Positions 1-9,245 of a stretch of DNA of 64,000 nt are shown in pieces. Below the pieces are notes generated by a model. That model was given only the letters and a program-made list of their open reading frames with translations. It did not search any database and was not told the DNA's origin. Both the position numbers and the translations under genes were made by a program. The DNA is taken from IMG/VR virus record IMGVR_UViG_3300005686_000008. One strand, written 5' to 3'. How positions within the stretch are numbered: the stretch's first letter is position 1; every line of letters starts with the position of its first letter. Source of the stretch: a virus. Its lineage: Duplodnaviria; Caudoviricetes.

Positions 1-20
1 TTATTGCTGGCTTTTCATCT

Positions 21-437
21 ATGATTGGAGCAACATCTCCAGAAAAGCCTATGGTTGAAGAACAACCAACAGTAAGAACAGATGGGTTTGTACCATTCCC
101 GGCATGGGTTAATGAAACGTCTTCAACTGGAAGATATCAGACTTCAACATCGGGCGCTGACCTAAGAGCGATCATGCTTATGAGAGAAAGGGTTGTTGTT
201 CCAAACACAAACCCTGTTCAATATACTAGTAGACCTGTATGGGTTGATGCGAATTTGATTTCTGAAATTACCCCAGCTCCGTCTACCGGACCTCATGCAG
301 GTCATACTCATGTTATTATAGTTGAGCCTTACACTCAAACAAGGATTATGGAAGGCCCTCCAGAAAACTATGCTTGGGTTTGGGCAAGAATCACGCTTAA
401 GAAGGTTTATTCCGTACCAACAACTCCGATGCAGTAA
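21..437 (+). CDS. hypothetical protein (may begin upstream of window)
   Basis: ORF on the dominant strand, no recognisable motif. Confidence 0.55.
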   Translation: MIGATSPEKPMVEEQPTVRTDGFVPFPAWVNETSSTGRYQTSTSGADLRAIMLMRERVVVPNTNPVQYTSRPVWVDANLISEITPAPSTGPHAGHTHVIIVEPYTQTRIMEGPPENYAWVWARITLKKVYSVPTTPMQ

Positions 438-456
438 AGAAAGGGATGATAGACAT

Positions 457-708
457 ATGCCATACGATCCAAGACCCGTAAGCGAAGGCGGCAATCGTGG
501 CGCTGGCGAAGAGTTTCAGCTTAAAGCCCCAAAAGGCAAGTTTAGGGTCATTTCTGTTGATACGTTTGATGGCGGGGATTGTTGTCATGGAGAGAAAAAT
601 AATCTCAATGACGCTATTAAGTTAGCGCAACAGCATTGTGGAACAATGCTTAAGGCATATGTCTATGATGATAAGGGAAGACAGGTTTGGAGTGGAGGCT
701 CTTTTTGA
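457..708 (+). CDS. hypothetical protein
   Basis: Start moved to ATG 457 (MPYDPRP) after AAAGGGA; stop overlaps next start. Confidence 0.6.
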   Translation: MPYDPRPVSEGGNRGAGEEFQLKAPKGKFRVISVDTFDGGDCCHGEKNNLNDAIKLAQQHCGTMLKAYVYDDKGRQVWSGGSF

Positions 709-1202
709 TGGTAATGAAAAGGCGAGGCTTTTCTCTTATAGAAGTAATGATATCGCTGTTTATCCTTGTATTAGGATTAATGACGATAAGCTACGTTATG
801 TCTTCAGTAACTGCAAGGCTTGTACGAAATACTAATGAGTTTAGAACGGAAGTCATCTTTCGTTCTATGGATGATTTTCCAATAACTCAAGAACTTGTTT
901 TAGGATGGAACGTTTTGCCTTCTATGTTATGGAATGGTTATTCAGTAGGAAGAGCGGCATATCTATATGAAGACAACTCCAAAGAAATAATAACTTGGAC
1001 ATGGAATAGGCCCGGAGTAGAAGAAACATCAATAGTAAATCTGTCTTCTTATAGCCCTTCAAGCGGTGACATTCTTGTTTCTTGTTCTGGCAATATATTT
1101 TACATTGATAATGAGATGCCTTCTGCTAACGAGTTTGAATTAACTAATCCTTTCTTGTTGATAAAATCTCGAATAATATTGGTAAAGTCTAAAAGAGAGT
1201 GA
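708..1202 (+). CDS. prepilin-type N-terminal cleavage/methylation domain protein
   Basis: MKRRG|FSLIEVMISLFILVLGL type III signal; SD GGAGG upstream. Confidence 0.8.
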   Translation: MVMKRRGFSLIEVMISLFILVLGLMTISYVMSSVTARLVRNTNEFRTEVIFRSMDDFPITQELVLGWNVLPSMLWNGYSVGRAAYLYEDNSKEIITWTWNRPGVEETSIVNLSSYSPSSGDILVSCSGNIFYIDNEMPSANEFELTNPFLLIKSRIILVKSKRE

Positions 1203-1211
1203 GGAACTCTA

Positions 1212-1775
1212 ATGAAGATCGTTGTCCCCGAATTTGCTTTTAGCCATTTCGATGATTCAAAGCATTTTCCTGCTATCCCGTTTACCTCTCCTGCTGAGTT
1301 TGAACGAGATTTGAATGAACGGAAACCAGTTGCAGAAATGCCTGGTTATGCTCCATTCTGTAAGTTGTTGTTCTTTAAGAACTGGACTCATGCCAGAGTT
1401 GGCATTGTTCCTATTACCCATCAAAACGAAGCATGGATCAAAAGCGAATATGAAGCTCGTAGAGAAACCGAACTTCCAGTTCTTGTTCGCTATTTAGAGG
1501 GAACCTGGGTTCCTCTTGCTGAATATCTTTGCGTCATTGTTTATGACAAAGAACAAATGGCAAAAGAAGGCACTGCAATCGACGGAGACTTTGCAGTTGT
1601 TAATATCTTGAGACTCATGGAGGCTGTTGAGCCTCCCATTCCTCCTATCACAATGATGCGCAACGCCCTTGGTGTTAGCGAAGGCGGGTCAGGCGTTCCG
1701 CTCGATAGAGAGAAGTACATGGCTTCTGTTGAGTTTTGGAACAAACACGTTGCCGTCAAACCTAGAGAGTCATAA
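1212..1775 (+). CDS. DUF3228-like protein
   Basis: GYAPFCK, YEARRETELPVL, PPITMMRNALGVSEGGSGVPLDREKY motifs. Confidence 0.75.
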   Translation: MKIVVPEFAFSHFDDSKHFPAIPFTSPAEFERDLNERKPVAEMPGYAPFCKLLFFKNWTHARVGIVPITHQNEAWIKSEYEARRETELPVLVRYLEGTWVPLAEYLCVIVYDKEQMAKEGTAIDGDFAVVNILRLMEAVEPPIPPITMMRNALGVSEGGSGVPLDREKYMASVEFWNKHVAVKPRES

Positions 1776-1776
1776 A

Positions 1777-2346
1777 ATGAGAGAGAAAAAATTCTGGCGA
1801 GAGTTAATTCGCGTAGTAGCAAAAAATGATCACACTATTATTGTTGTTATTCCCTCATGGAGACCCGAAGAAGGAGTAGACTTCAGTATAGGGGAGATTG
1901 GCGAAGAAACATGGGAAGCCTTACAAGTTGGCGGAAGATATTTTGCAATGGTCAATTCTGATGCAGAATACATGGTTGACCTTGAAATAAGAGACATTGA
2001 AACGAAGAATATAACTCCCGTTTCTCAAATGAGTGATGATTACATTAGGCAAAATGCCAAATCTCTTCCAGTAGATGATCTTGTTAAAGAACTTATAAGA
2101 CTAAGAGATGCGATTTGGGAACATCGGCAGCAAACCGGCGATAACTTGTGCTGGATAAATGATCTCAAATTGTGGCAGGCGGTTGATCCGTTGGCTTGCT
2201 ATAGACATGATATGGTTCCGGGGAGAGAAGAGTTTTTGGGCAACTGCGCAAGATATCACGAAAGTAGGGTAAAAGGATTGCCTTATGACGAGGCTCCTCA
2301 GAAAACTAGCGCCGTCACGAAAGACGGGAAAAGGATTGATCAATGA
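1777..2346 (+). CDS. hypothetical protein
   Basis: ATG directly after previous stop; C-terminal GDNLCWINDLKLW motif. Confidence 0.6.
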   Translation: MREKKFWRELIRVVAKNDHTIIVVIPSWRPEEGVDFSIGEIGEETWEALQVGGRYFAMVNSDAEYMVDLEIRDIETKNITPVSQMSDDYIRQNAKSLPVDDLVKELIRLRDAIWEHRQQTGDNLCWINDLKLWQAVDPLACYRHDMVPGREEFLGNCARYHESRVKGLPYDEAPQKTSAVTKDGKRIDQ

Positions 2347-2738
2347 AGCAGGTATTTCAAGCAAGTAATGGTAAAGTATTCGAGCATGCGGAAGATGCCG
2401 CTCATGAGGAAAGATTTATCGAAGAGGTAAATGATATCCTCAAGCCTTTCAAGGATAAAAAAATAGAACCTGGCGAGTTTGTTCAAAGAAACAGCGAACT
2501 CGTACAAAACATGATTGACAAGACCTACAGGGTTCTTCTCAGGTACTACGGCAACAGTTCGGAAATTCCGAAGCTCTGGAAAAAAGAACCTAGAGGTTTT
2601 GTTGGTAGGTATCTTGACGACGGGAACAGTCCTGCATACTCTATATATGGAGTTCTTTTGTCAATAGATAACATGAATCGCCAATGGGAACAGCCGTATT
2701 ATGCCCTTGCTGCAAACAGAGGCGAGTACCCCAGATAA
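2343..2738 (+). CDS. hypothetical protein
   Basis: ATGA overlap with previous gene. Confidence 0.65.
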   Translation: MKQVFQASNGKVFEHAEDAAHEERFIEEVNDILKPFKDKKIEPGEFVQRNSELVQNMIDKTYRVLLRYYGNSSEIPKLWKKEPRGFVGRYLDDGNSPAYSIYGVLLSIDNMNRQWEQPYYALAANRGEYPR

Positions 2739-2748
2739 GGAGGGTATA

Positions 2749-3168
2749 ATGGGAACCGAAGAAGGCTTACGGGAATTAATGAACGAGGTTGAATCTCTTG
2801 CCAAAAGAGTTGAGTCAGGAGAAATCCCTGAAACAGCAATGCCTCGATTTTTTTACTGCGGACATAAGCATGTATGCAGTTATACGGGGACAGAATGGTT
2901 CAAGTGTTCATGCGGTCATACTTGGTCTGTAAGCGAGTCTCAATACATAGACGATTGGAGAAAAGACAATAAAGTTCAGTATTCATGTCCTGCTTGTAAA
3001 AAGTCTGAACTGCCTCAGAATATACACTGGTATCATGAATATAATCAAGAATCTCGATGGGAATGTCTTGGATGTAAGCATCAATGGAATGCAAAAAACG
3101 GAGAAGTATGCCCATCGTGCAACTTGAATCACAAGGATTTTAGGCAATGCCAGCCGCCGACGTTATAA
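2749..3168 (+). CDS. zinc-ribbon protein
   Basis: Multiple CxxC/CxC pairs; SD AGGAGG. Confidence 0.6.
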   Translation: MGTEEGLRELMNEVESLAKRVESGEIPETAMPRFFYCGHKHVCSYTGTEWFKCSCGHTWSVSESQYIDDWRKDNKVQYSCPACKKSELPQNIHWYHEYNQESRWECLGCKHQWNAKNGEVCPSCNLNHKDFRQCQPPTL

Positions 3169-4199
3169 CCCCTAAACTGCTAGAACGCGATGATTTTCGC
3201 AAAGCAGTTTTCCTACGCGATAAACATACTTGTGTTATCTGTAAGGCCCCAGCGGTTGACGCTCATCATATCTTAGAGCGTAGGTTGTTTTCTGATGGTG
3301 GTTATTATTTGAATAACGGAGCAAGTCTCTGTTCTGATTGCCATTTGAAGGCAGAAATGACAACCATTTCTGTTGAGGATATTAGAGCCGCTTGCGGTAT
3401 TTCTGAAAATAGCAAAGTTCTTCCTGAACACCTTTATGATGATCAGCCTTATGACAAATGGGGGAATCCTATTCTTCCAAATGGAAGAAGAATGAGAGGA
3501 GAGCTTTTTGACGATTCTTCTGTTCAGAAAATACTGAACGAAGCAAATGTTCTTTCTCTATTTAGTAAATACGTTAAATACCCTAGAACGTGGCATCTTC
3601 CCTGGTCTCCTGGCGCAACCAAAGATGACCGCATTATCAAGACCACTGATCAATTCAAGGGTCAAGAAGTTGTTGTAACTATTAAGATGGACGGCGAAAA
3701 TACTACAATGTACAATGACTACATTCATGCTCGCTCTTTGTCTGATAAGAAGCACTGGTCTAAAAGTTGGATTAAGAACTTTCATGGTAGCATTGCTCAT
3801 GATATTCCAGAAGACATGAGGCTTGTTGTAGAAAACCTGTATGCCAAGCATTCTATCAAATATATAGAACTTGAAAGTTATTGCTATGGCATTTCTGCAT
3901 GGATGAATATGACTTGCCTTGAGTGGGATACTTCGTGCGAATGGTTTGCTCTTTTGGGGATTCCTGTTGTTCCGGTTCTTTATAGAGGAGAATGGGACGA
4001 AGAAAAGATTAGCTCTATTTTTGTTGATTACGATCTAAATGAGGGATATGTTGTAAGACTTGTTAGGTCTTTTCATTATAAGGATTTCTCTAAGAGCGTT
4101 GCAAAGTTTGTTAGGAAAGGTCATGTAACATCTGATGACCACTGGTTCTATGGAAAAGCGGGAGAAGTGAATAGTCTCAAGGAATCTAAAAATGTCTAG
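3147..4199 (+). CDS. HNH domain + ATP-dependent RNA ligase (Rnl2-like) fusion
   Basis: N-terminal RDKHTCVIC..DAHH..NGASLCSDCH (HNH); C-terminal KYPRTWHLPWSPG, KMDGEN (motif I), EGYVVR, AKFVR. Confidence 0.8.
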   Translation: MPAADVITPKLLERDDFRKAVFLRDKHTCVICKAPAVDAHHILERRLFSDGGYYLNNGASLCSDCHLKAEMTTISVEDIRAACGISENSKVLPEHLYDDQPYDKWGNPILPNGRRMRGELFDDSSVQKILNEANVLSLFSKYVKYPRTWHLPWSPGATKDDRIIKTTDQFKGQEVVVTIKMDGENTTMYNDYIHARSLSDKKHWSKSWIKNFHGSIAHDIPEDMRLVVENLYAKHSIKYIELESYCYGISAWMNMTCLEWDTSCEWFALLGIPVVPVLYRGEWDEEKISSIFVDYDLNEGYVVRLVRSFHYKDFSKSVAKFVRKGHVTSDDHWFYGKAGEVNSLKESKNV

Positions 4200-4716
4200 A
4201 ATAGCTGCCAAAATAGCCCCCAAGAAGCTTCTTAAGAAAATTGAAGATGCCATACGAAATCATTCTCTTTTTGAGAATGAAGAAGGCAGTGAATCTTGTG
4301 ATTTTTTCTATACTAATAGACATATTCTACTGTCTTTGAATCAAAAGCTTCAGAAAGACCTAAGTAAGATTCAGTTTGATCTTGAAAACTTTTATAGCGC
4401 CCCATTCAATCCTCCCGGAGATTCTGCTGCGATATTGGGTTTGCATACCTCCTCTTCTGGTTTGACTTTTTTAGGATGCGAGGCAGGAGGAGACTGGGAA
4501 TATCCAATCTACTTCATTATTTATTGGGATGGAGAAATTCTTAGAGGTTATATCCCAAATAAAGGTAACTATTACAATAAGAAGACTAAAATGGCATTCG
4601 GAAATTGTGAAAAGTCGGATTTTGAACAAGGATACGAATACGGTAGCTTTGATAACAAAAATGATTTCAATGCCATGCTTGCAGATATTCAAGAAAGAAT
4701 AGTCGTGAAGGGTTGA
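4192..4716 (+). CDS. hypothetical phage protein
   Basis: AGGDWEYP..FIIYWDG..LRGYIP motif; overlapping start. Confidence 0.65.
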   Translation: MSRIAAKIAPKKLLKKIEDAIRNHSLFENEEGSESCDFFYTNRHILLSLNQKLQKDLSKIQFDLENFYSAPFNPPGDSAAILGLHTSSSGLTFLGCEAGGDWEYPIYFIIYWDGEILRGYIPNKGNYYNKKTKMAFGNCEKSDFEQGYEYGSFDNKNDFNAMLADIQERIVVKG

Positions 4717-4719
4717 GCA

Positions 4720-5028
4720 ATGGAAAAGAAGCCATTTTTAGTAAATGTTGAAATAGAGTTTGCTATTTTCGCGGAAAATGAAGACGCCATTTATAATCAT
4801 CCCGATCTTAGACGAGCAGTAGAGGAGGCTTTATACACAAGCGACTCTTGTATTTCTTTTATAGATCCTTTAGATAGAATACCTAATGGATGGAGCGGAG
4901 ATTGCCTTGTTTATGGAACGGATGAAGATATAACATTAGAAGAGGCTCTAAATTGGAAGCCTAAAGAATCTGAACCAATAGATAAGTATACAATGCTGTT
5001 TCCATTTATGACGATAGATCCAGCATGA
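4720..5028 (+). CDS. hypothetical protein
   Basis: Tightly packed ORF. Confidence 0.6.
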   Translation: MEKKPFLVNVEIEFAIFAENEDAIYNHPDLRRAVEEALYTSDSCISFIDPLDRIPNGWSGDCLVYGTDEDITLEEALNWKPKESEPIDKYTMLFPFMTIDPA

Positions 5029-5366
5029 ATAAACAACAATCAATACAATCCCTATTCCTTGATATCTGCGAAGATGCATACAACCAGGGATTGTATATGT
5101 TTGGCATACTATCTTCAACAAGAAAAGGGCCGGAGCATCCAATGAGACAGCCCGGCTATTTTTACAATAGGCTTAGCGAAGAAGTAAAAGAAAGAATAAG
5201 AAACGAACTAAAGCCAGAGCATATGCAGTCTCTTCTTTACAAGTTTGTTGCTTGGGGGCCTGTTATCCCTTGGGAAGAACAAAGAATCTTAGACGCCAAA
5301 GACGGTTTCAAACGAGAAAAACTGAAGTTTGAACTAGAGTTAATGAAGCACGGTTGGCGTCCATAA
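5025..5366 (+). CDS. hypothetical protein
   Basis: ATGA overlap. Confidence 0.6.
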   Translation: MNKQQSIQSLFLDICEDAYNQGLYMFGILSSTRKGPEHPMRQPGYFYNRLSEEVKERIRNELKPEHMQSLLYKFVAWGPVIPWEEQRILDAKDGFKREKLKFELELMKHGWRP

Positions 5367-5389
5367 TTAAATAATACCTGACAAGGTAA

Positions 5390-5432
5390 ATTGCGCAATT
5401 ATTTGTATACTTACAAATGGAGATTGCGCAAT
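5390..5432 (+). promoter_or_regulatory. hairpin sequestering RBS and start codon of tail-fibre gene
   Basis: ATTGCGCAAT-T-ATTTGTA-TACT-TACAAAT-GGAG-ATTGCGCAAT(G) inverted repeat. Confidence 0.6.
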
Positions 5433-8166
5433 GGCTACAAAAATACAATTAAGACATGATACGTCTGCTAACTGGGTTCTTTATAACCCGGTTCTTTTAA
5501 TTGGAGAACTTGGATACGAAACTGATACTCTTAAGTCTAAACTTGGAGATGGAGTTTCTCGTTGGATAGATCTTGATTACGTTGTTGCTAGTGGGGCTGG
5601 AGGTGGTTCTGGCTTTAGTGGTTATTCAGCAGACTCTGGCTTTAGTGGTTATTCAGGTTATGGAGATTCCGGGTTCTCTGGATATTCTTCGACTTCTGGT
5701 TTTAGCGGTTATTCTGGATTTAGTGGATATTCTGCTGAATCTGGTTTCTCAGGATATTCTGGTTATGGACAGAGTGGATATTCTGGATATTCAGGCTTTA
5801 GCGGTTATAGTGGTTTCTCTGGCTATTCTGGCTTCTCAGGCTACTCAGGTTTCTCAGGATATTCTGGTTTCTCTGGATATTCAGGACGTTCTGGTTTCTC
5901 AGGCTATTCAGGTCGTTCAGGATTTTCAGGCTACTCAGGAATAAGCGGATATTCAGGAATAGATTATCCTTATGTTGGAGCATGGTCTGGTGCTTCGGTA
6001 TCTTATGTTTTGAGAGATACAGTTTCTCATAACGGAAGTTCTTATGTTTGTACATCAGGGCACACTTCTGGAGCAAGCACTGAACCTGGCGTAGGTGGTT
6101 CTTGGACTACTGTTTGGGATCTTACAACAGCATCAGGTTATAGCGGTTATTCCGGTTATGGACAGAGCGGCTTTAGTGGTTATTCAGGCTATGGAACATC
6201 AGGTTTCTCGGGATATTCCGGTTTTAGCGGTTATTCCTCAACATCTGGCTTCTCAGGTTATAGCGGATTTTCTGGATATTCTGGTCGTTCAGGATTTAGT
6301 GGTTATTCTGGATTATTCGGTGGAGATAGTCAACTATTCTATTTTGATGACGTTGTTCAAGATATTACTAATGCAAATGGATACATGGGAAGCAATGCTG
6401 TTGCTGGCGGCTTAACGAATGCTACAACTCTTATATATCTACATCAAAATAATCTAAATGGAGTAAGTATAGCTGATTGGGTTCGTAATATGACTCTTTC
6501 TACCAATTCTGTTGGTGGAAGAATAAGAGCTTCTTTACTTAGCACGCCAACTACATTTATTGACTATACAGTTACAGGCTCTGGCTCTGCTTTAGCTTTA
6601 CAGGGTGGATATTATTATGCGGTTCCAGTTACTTATGTTGCCGGTTCAACCGTTTCCGGTCTCGAATATATAATAATTTCATTTGTGTATGCTGGAAATA
6701 GCGGTTTCTCGGGATATTCTGGCTATGGAACATCAGGTTTCTCGGGTTATTCCGGTTATGGACAAAGCGGTTTCTCGGGATATTCTGGCTATGGGCAAAG
6801 CGGTTTCTCTGGATATTCTGGCTATGGGACTTCTGGATTTTCAGGCTATTCTGGATATGGAGCATCTGGCTTCTCGGGTTATAGTGGCTTCTCAGGTTAT
6901 TCTTCAACTTCTGGTTTTAGTGGTTATTCTGGCTTCTCTGGCTATTCTGCTGAATCAGGCTTCTCGGGATATTCTGGCTATGGGCAAAGCGGCTTCTCTG
7001 GATATTCTGGCTATGGGCAAAGCGGCTTCTCGGGATATTCTGGCTATGGACAGAGCGGCTTCTCAGGTTATTCAGGTTATGGACAGAGCGGCTTCAGCGG
7101 TTATAGCGGTTTCAGTGGTTATTCTGGCTTCTCTGGCTATTCTGCTGAATCTGGCTTCTCTGGCTATTCTGCTGAATCTGGCTTCTCAGGTTATAGTGGT
7201 TTCTCTGGATATTCTTCGACTTCTGGTTTTAGCGGTTATTCTGGATTTAGTGGATATTCTGCTGAATCTGGTTTCTCAGGCTATTCAGGTTATGGAACGT
7301 CAGGTTTTAGTGGTTATTCAGGTTTTAGTGGTTATTCAGGTTCTAGTTTTTCTGGAGACGCTTCTGAAATAATAAGCGGAACAATAAATACAGCAAGGTT
7401 GGGTTCAGGAACCGCTAATAATAACAGTTTTTTAAGAGGAGATAGCACTTGGACAGCTGCTCAGGCATTAGATCCTGAATTAACTGCTATAGTAAACTTA
7501 TCATCAAATGGGATTATAGTAAGAACATCTTCTTCTACAGCATCTGCTAGAACCTTGCAACAAGGAACTGGAATCTCTATATCAAACGGAGATGGTGTAG
7601 CAGGTGACCCTGTTATTTCTTTGTCTGGTAATACTTCAGGCTTCAGTGGCTATTCTGGTTATGGACAATCCGGCTTTAGTGGTTATTCTGGTTTCTCTGG
7701 ATATTCTGGAGAATCAGGCTTTAGTGGTTATTCTGGTTCTGGACAAAGTGGCTTCTCAGGATATTCTTCAATTTCAGGCTTCTCAGGATATTCTGGATCT
7801 GGTTCTGGAACTTATACTAGGATTATATCAGCGATGTTAACATCGCAAGGCGATACTGCTTACATGGTTATTCCTACATCTTCAACTATAACAGCATCAT
7901 ACATTACTGGTCTTTCTTCATCAGGAGCTGCAACTTCTGGATCTGCTGTTGTTGATATATTAAAAAGCAATGACGCAGGTTATCCTCCAACAGCATCAAT
8001 AGCAGCATCAGCAAAACCAACATTATCATCATCTAACAAATCTGTTGATAATACGCTCACTGGCTGGACCACAAGTATAACAGCTGGAGATTGGCTTGGA
8101 TTTAAATTAGATTCAATATCTACAGTTGCTTATGTTATTGTTTCTCTTAAAATAACTGTTCCATAA
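5431..8166 (+). CDS. tail fibre-like protein with SG(F/Y) repeats and carbohydrate-binding-like module
   Basis: N-terminal KIQLRHDTSANW..NPVLLIGELGYETDT..KLGDG (phage fibre/hyaluronidase N-term type); SGFSGY tracts; W..VSY..DTVSHNGSSYVC..HTS..PG..W module. Confidence 0.75.
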   Translation: MATKIQLRHDTSANWVLYNPVLLIGELGYETDTLKSKLGDGVSRWIDLDYVVASGAGGGSGFSGYSADSGFSGYSGYGDSGFSGYSSTSGFSGYSGFSGYSAESGFSGYSGYGQSGYSGYSGFSGYSGFSGYSGFSGYSGFSGYSGFSGYSGRSGFSGYSGRSGFSGYSGISGYSGIDYPYVGAWSGASVSYVLRDTVSHNGSSYVCTSGHTSGASTEPGVGGSWTTVWDLTTASGYSGYSGYGQSGFSGYSGYGTSGFSGYSGFSGYSSTSGFSGYSGFSGYSGRSGFSGYSGLFGGDSQLFYFDDVVQDITNANGYMGSNAVAGGLTNATTLIYLHQNNLNGVSIADWVRNMTLSTNSVGGRIRASLLSTPTTFIDYTVTGSGSALALQGGYYYAVPVTYVAGSTVSGLEYIIISFVYAGNSGFSGYSGYGTSGFSGYSGYGQSGFSGYSGYGQSGFSGYSGYGTSGFSGYSGYGASGFSGYSGFSGYSSTSGFSGYSGFSGYSAESGFSGYSGYGQSGFSGYSGYGQSGFSGYSGYGQSGFSGYSGYGQSGFSGYSGFSGYSGFSGYSAESGFSGYSAESGFSGYSGFSGYSSTSGFSGYSGFSGYSAESGFSGYSGYGTSGFSGYSGFSGYSGSSFSGDASEIISGTINTARLGSGTANNNSFLRGDSTWTAAQALDPELTAIVNLSSNGIIVRTSSSTASARTLQQGTGISISNGDGVAGDPVISLSGNTSGFSGYSGYGQSGFSGYSGFSGYSGESGFSGYSGSGQSGFSGYSSISGFSGYSGSGSGTYTRIISAMLTSQGDTAYMVIPTSSTITASYITGLSSSGAATSGSAVVDILKSNDAGYPPTASIAASAKPTLSSSNKSVDNTLTGWTTSITAGDWLGFKLDSISTVAYVIVSLKITVP
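5608..7800 (+). repeat. degenerate 9-nt coding repeats (tct-ggN-ttt/tat) encoding Ser-Gly-Phe/Tyr, in several blocks
   Basis: Directly visible in sequence and translation. Confidence 0.9.
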
Positions 8167-8179
8167 AAAAAGGAATTAT

Positions 8180-9220
8180 ATGGCTTTAACATCAATAGTT
8201 GGTTCTTTTATTTTTCCAGATACAAATTATGTTCCAGCAAATAATCCTAACTCTTTGATTCTTGATGCAACAAGAGACAAGATTGCTATGCCATATGTTT
8301 GTACTAAAACTGGTAACATATCAAAAGTTAGATTTATGACTTCCAGTGTTACGACTAGTGATACATTGAAAGTTTCATTTCAAGACAGAGACCTTGCTAC
8401 AGGTTATCCAGATGGCATAGTAGACGAATATAGAACATTATCTGTAACTACAGGACAAACATGGTATCAAACAGGAATAATGAGTAGTGACGGAACGGAT
8501 AATGGAACAAAAAGGGCAGTTACAAAAGGAGATAGATTTTGGATTGTATTTGAATTTAATAGTAGAGTTGCAGGTAATATGATTATATACATGACAAATA
8601 CTCCAACTGGAGATACTAACGAAGCATATTGCTCGCTTTCTACATCATCAGTATGGAGTAAAATAACTGGATGCGCTTGTGTAGAAATAGAATATGATGA
8701 TGGTTCAACAGTTTTTTCTCCATTTGCAATTCCAAGCATTAATAATGCAGCAACAATTGCAAGTAATACTAATCCAGATGAAATTGCCCTTAAATTCAAG
8801 TTTCCAGTACAAGTAGAAGTTACGGGAGCTTATGTTTTCATTGACTTAGATGCTAATTGTGATATTGTTTTATATGATAAAGACGGAACAACTGCTTTAG
8901 AAACCGTGTCCTTAGATTCAGATCAAAGAAATGGAACATCAGTATCTGGAACCCAAATAGAATTTGTTTCTTCAAGAACTTTAGAAGCAAATTCATATTA
9001 TTACCTTTCTATTAAACCAACTACTACAACAACTATTGGATACAGAACTTATGATTTTTACAACGCATCAAGTTTAGATATGGCTTGTGGAGGTCAAAAT
9101 TTCCACTTGGCCCAGAGAACTGATGCAGGATCGTGGACTCCTACTACAAATAAAAGACCTAAAATCTTTTTAAGAATCTCTAAGATAACTGCTAATTTTC
9201 CAATAGCATATAGCGGATAA
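8180..9220 (+). CDS. putative virion structural protein
   Basis: Thr/Ser-rich beta-type composition, co-linear with fibre gene. Confidence 0.55.
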   Translation: MALTSIVGSFIFPDTNYVPANNPNSLILDATRDKIAMPYVCTKTGNISKVRFMTSSVTTSDTLKVSFQDRDLATGYPDGIVDEYRTLSVTTGQTWYQTGIMSSDGTDNGTKRAVTKGDRFWIVFEFNSRVAGNMIIYMTNTPTGDTNEAYCSLSTSSVWSKITGCACVEIEYDDGSTVFSPFAIPSINNAATIASNTNPDEIALKFKFPVQVEVTGAYVFIDLDANCDIVLYDKDGTTALETVSLDSDQRNGTSVSGTQIEFVSSRTLEANSYYYLSIKPTTTTTIGYRTYDFYNASSLDMACGGQNFHLAQRTDAGSWTPTTNKRPKIFLRISKITANFPIAYSG

Positions 9221-9245
9221 TATTTTCAACAATAAAGGATTATAA

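Noticed and set aside
5608-7800. Non-coding tandem repeat or CRISPR; alternative-frame ORFs 5573..5944 and 6683..7372
   Set aside because: Repeats vary at third codon positions of the SG(F/Y) frame, so they are coding; the other frames are artefacts
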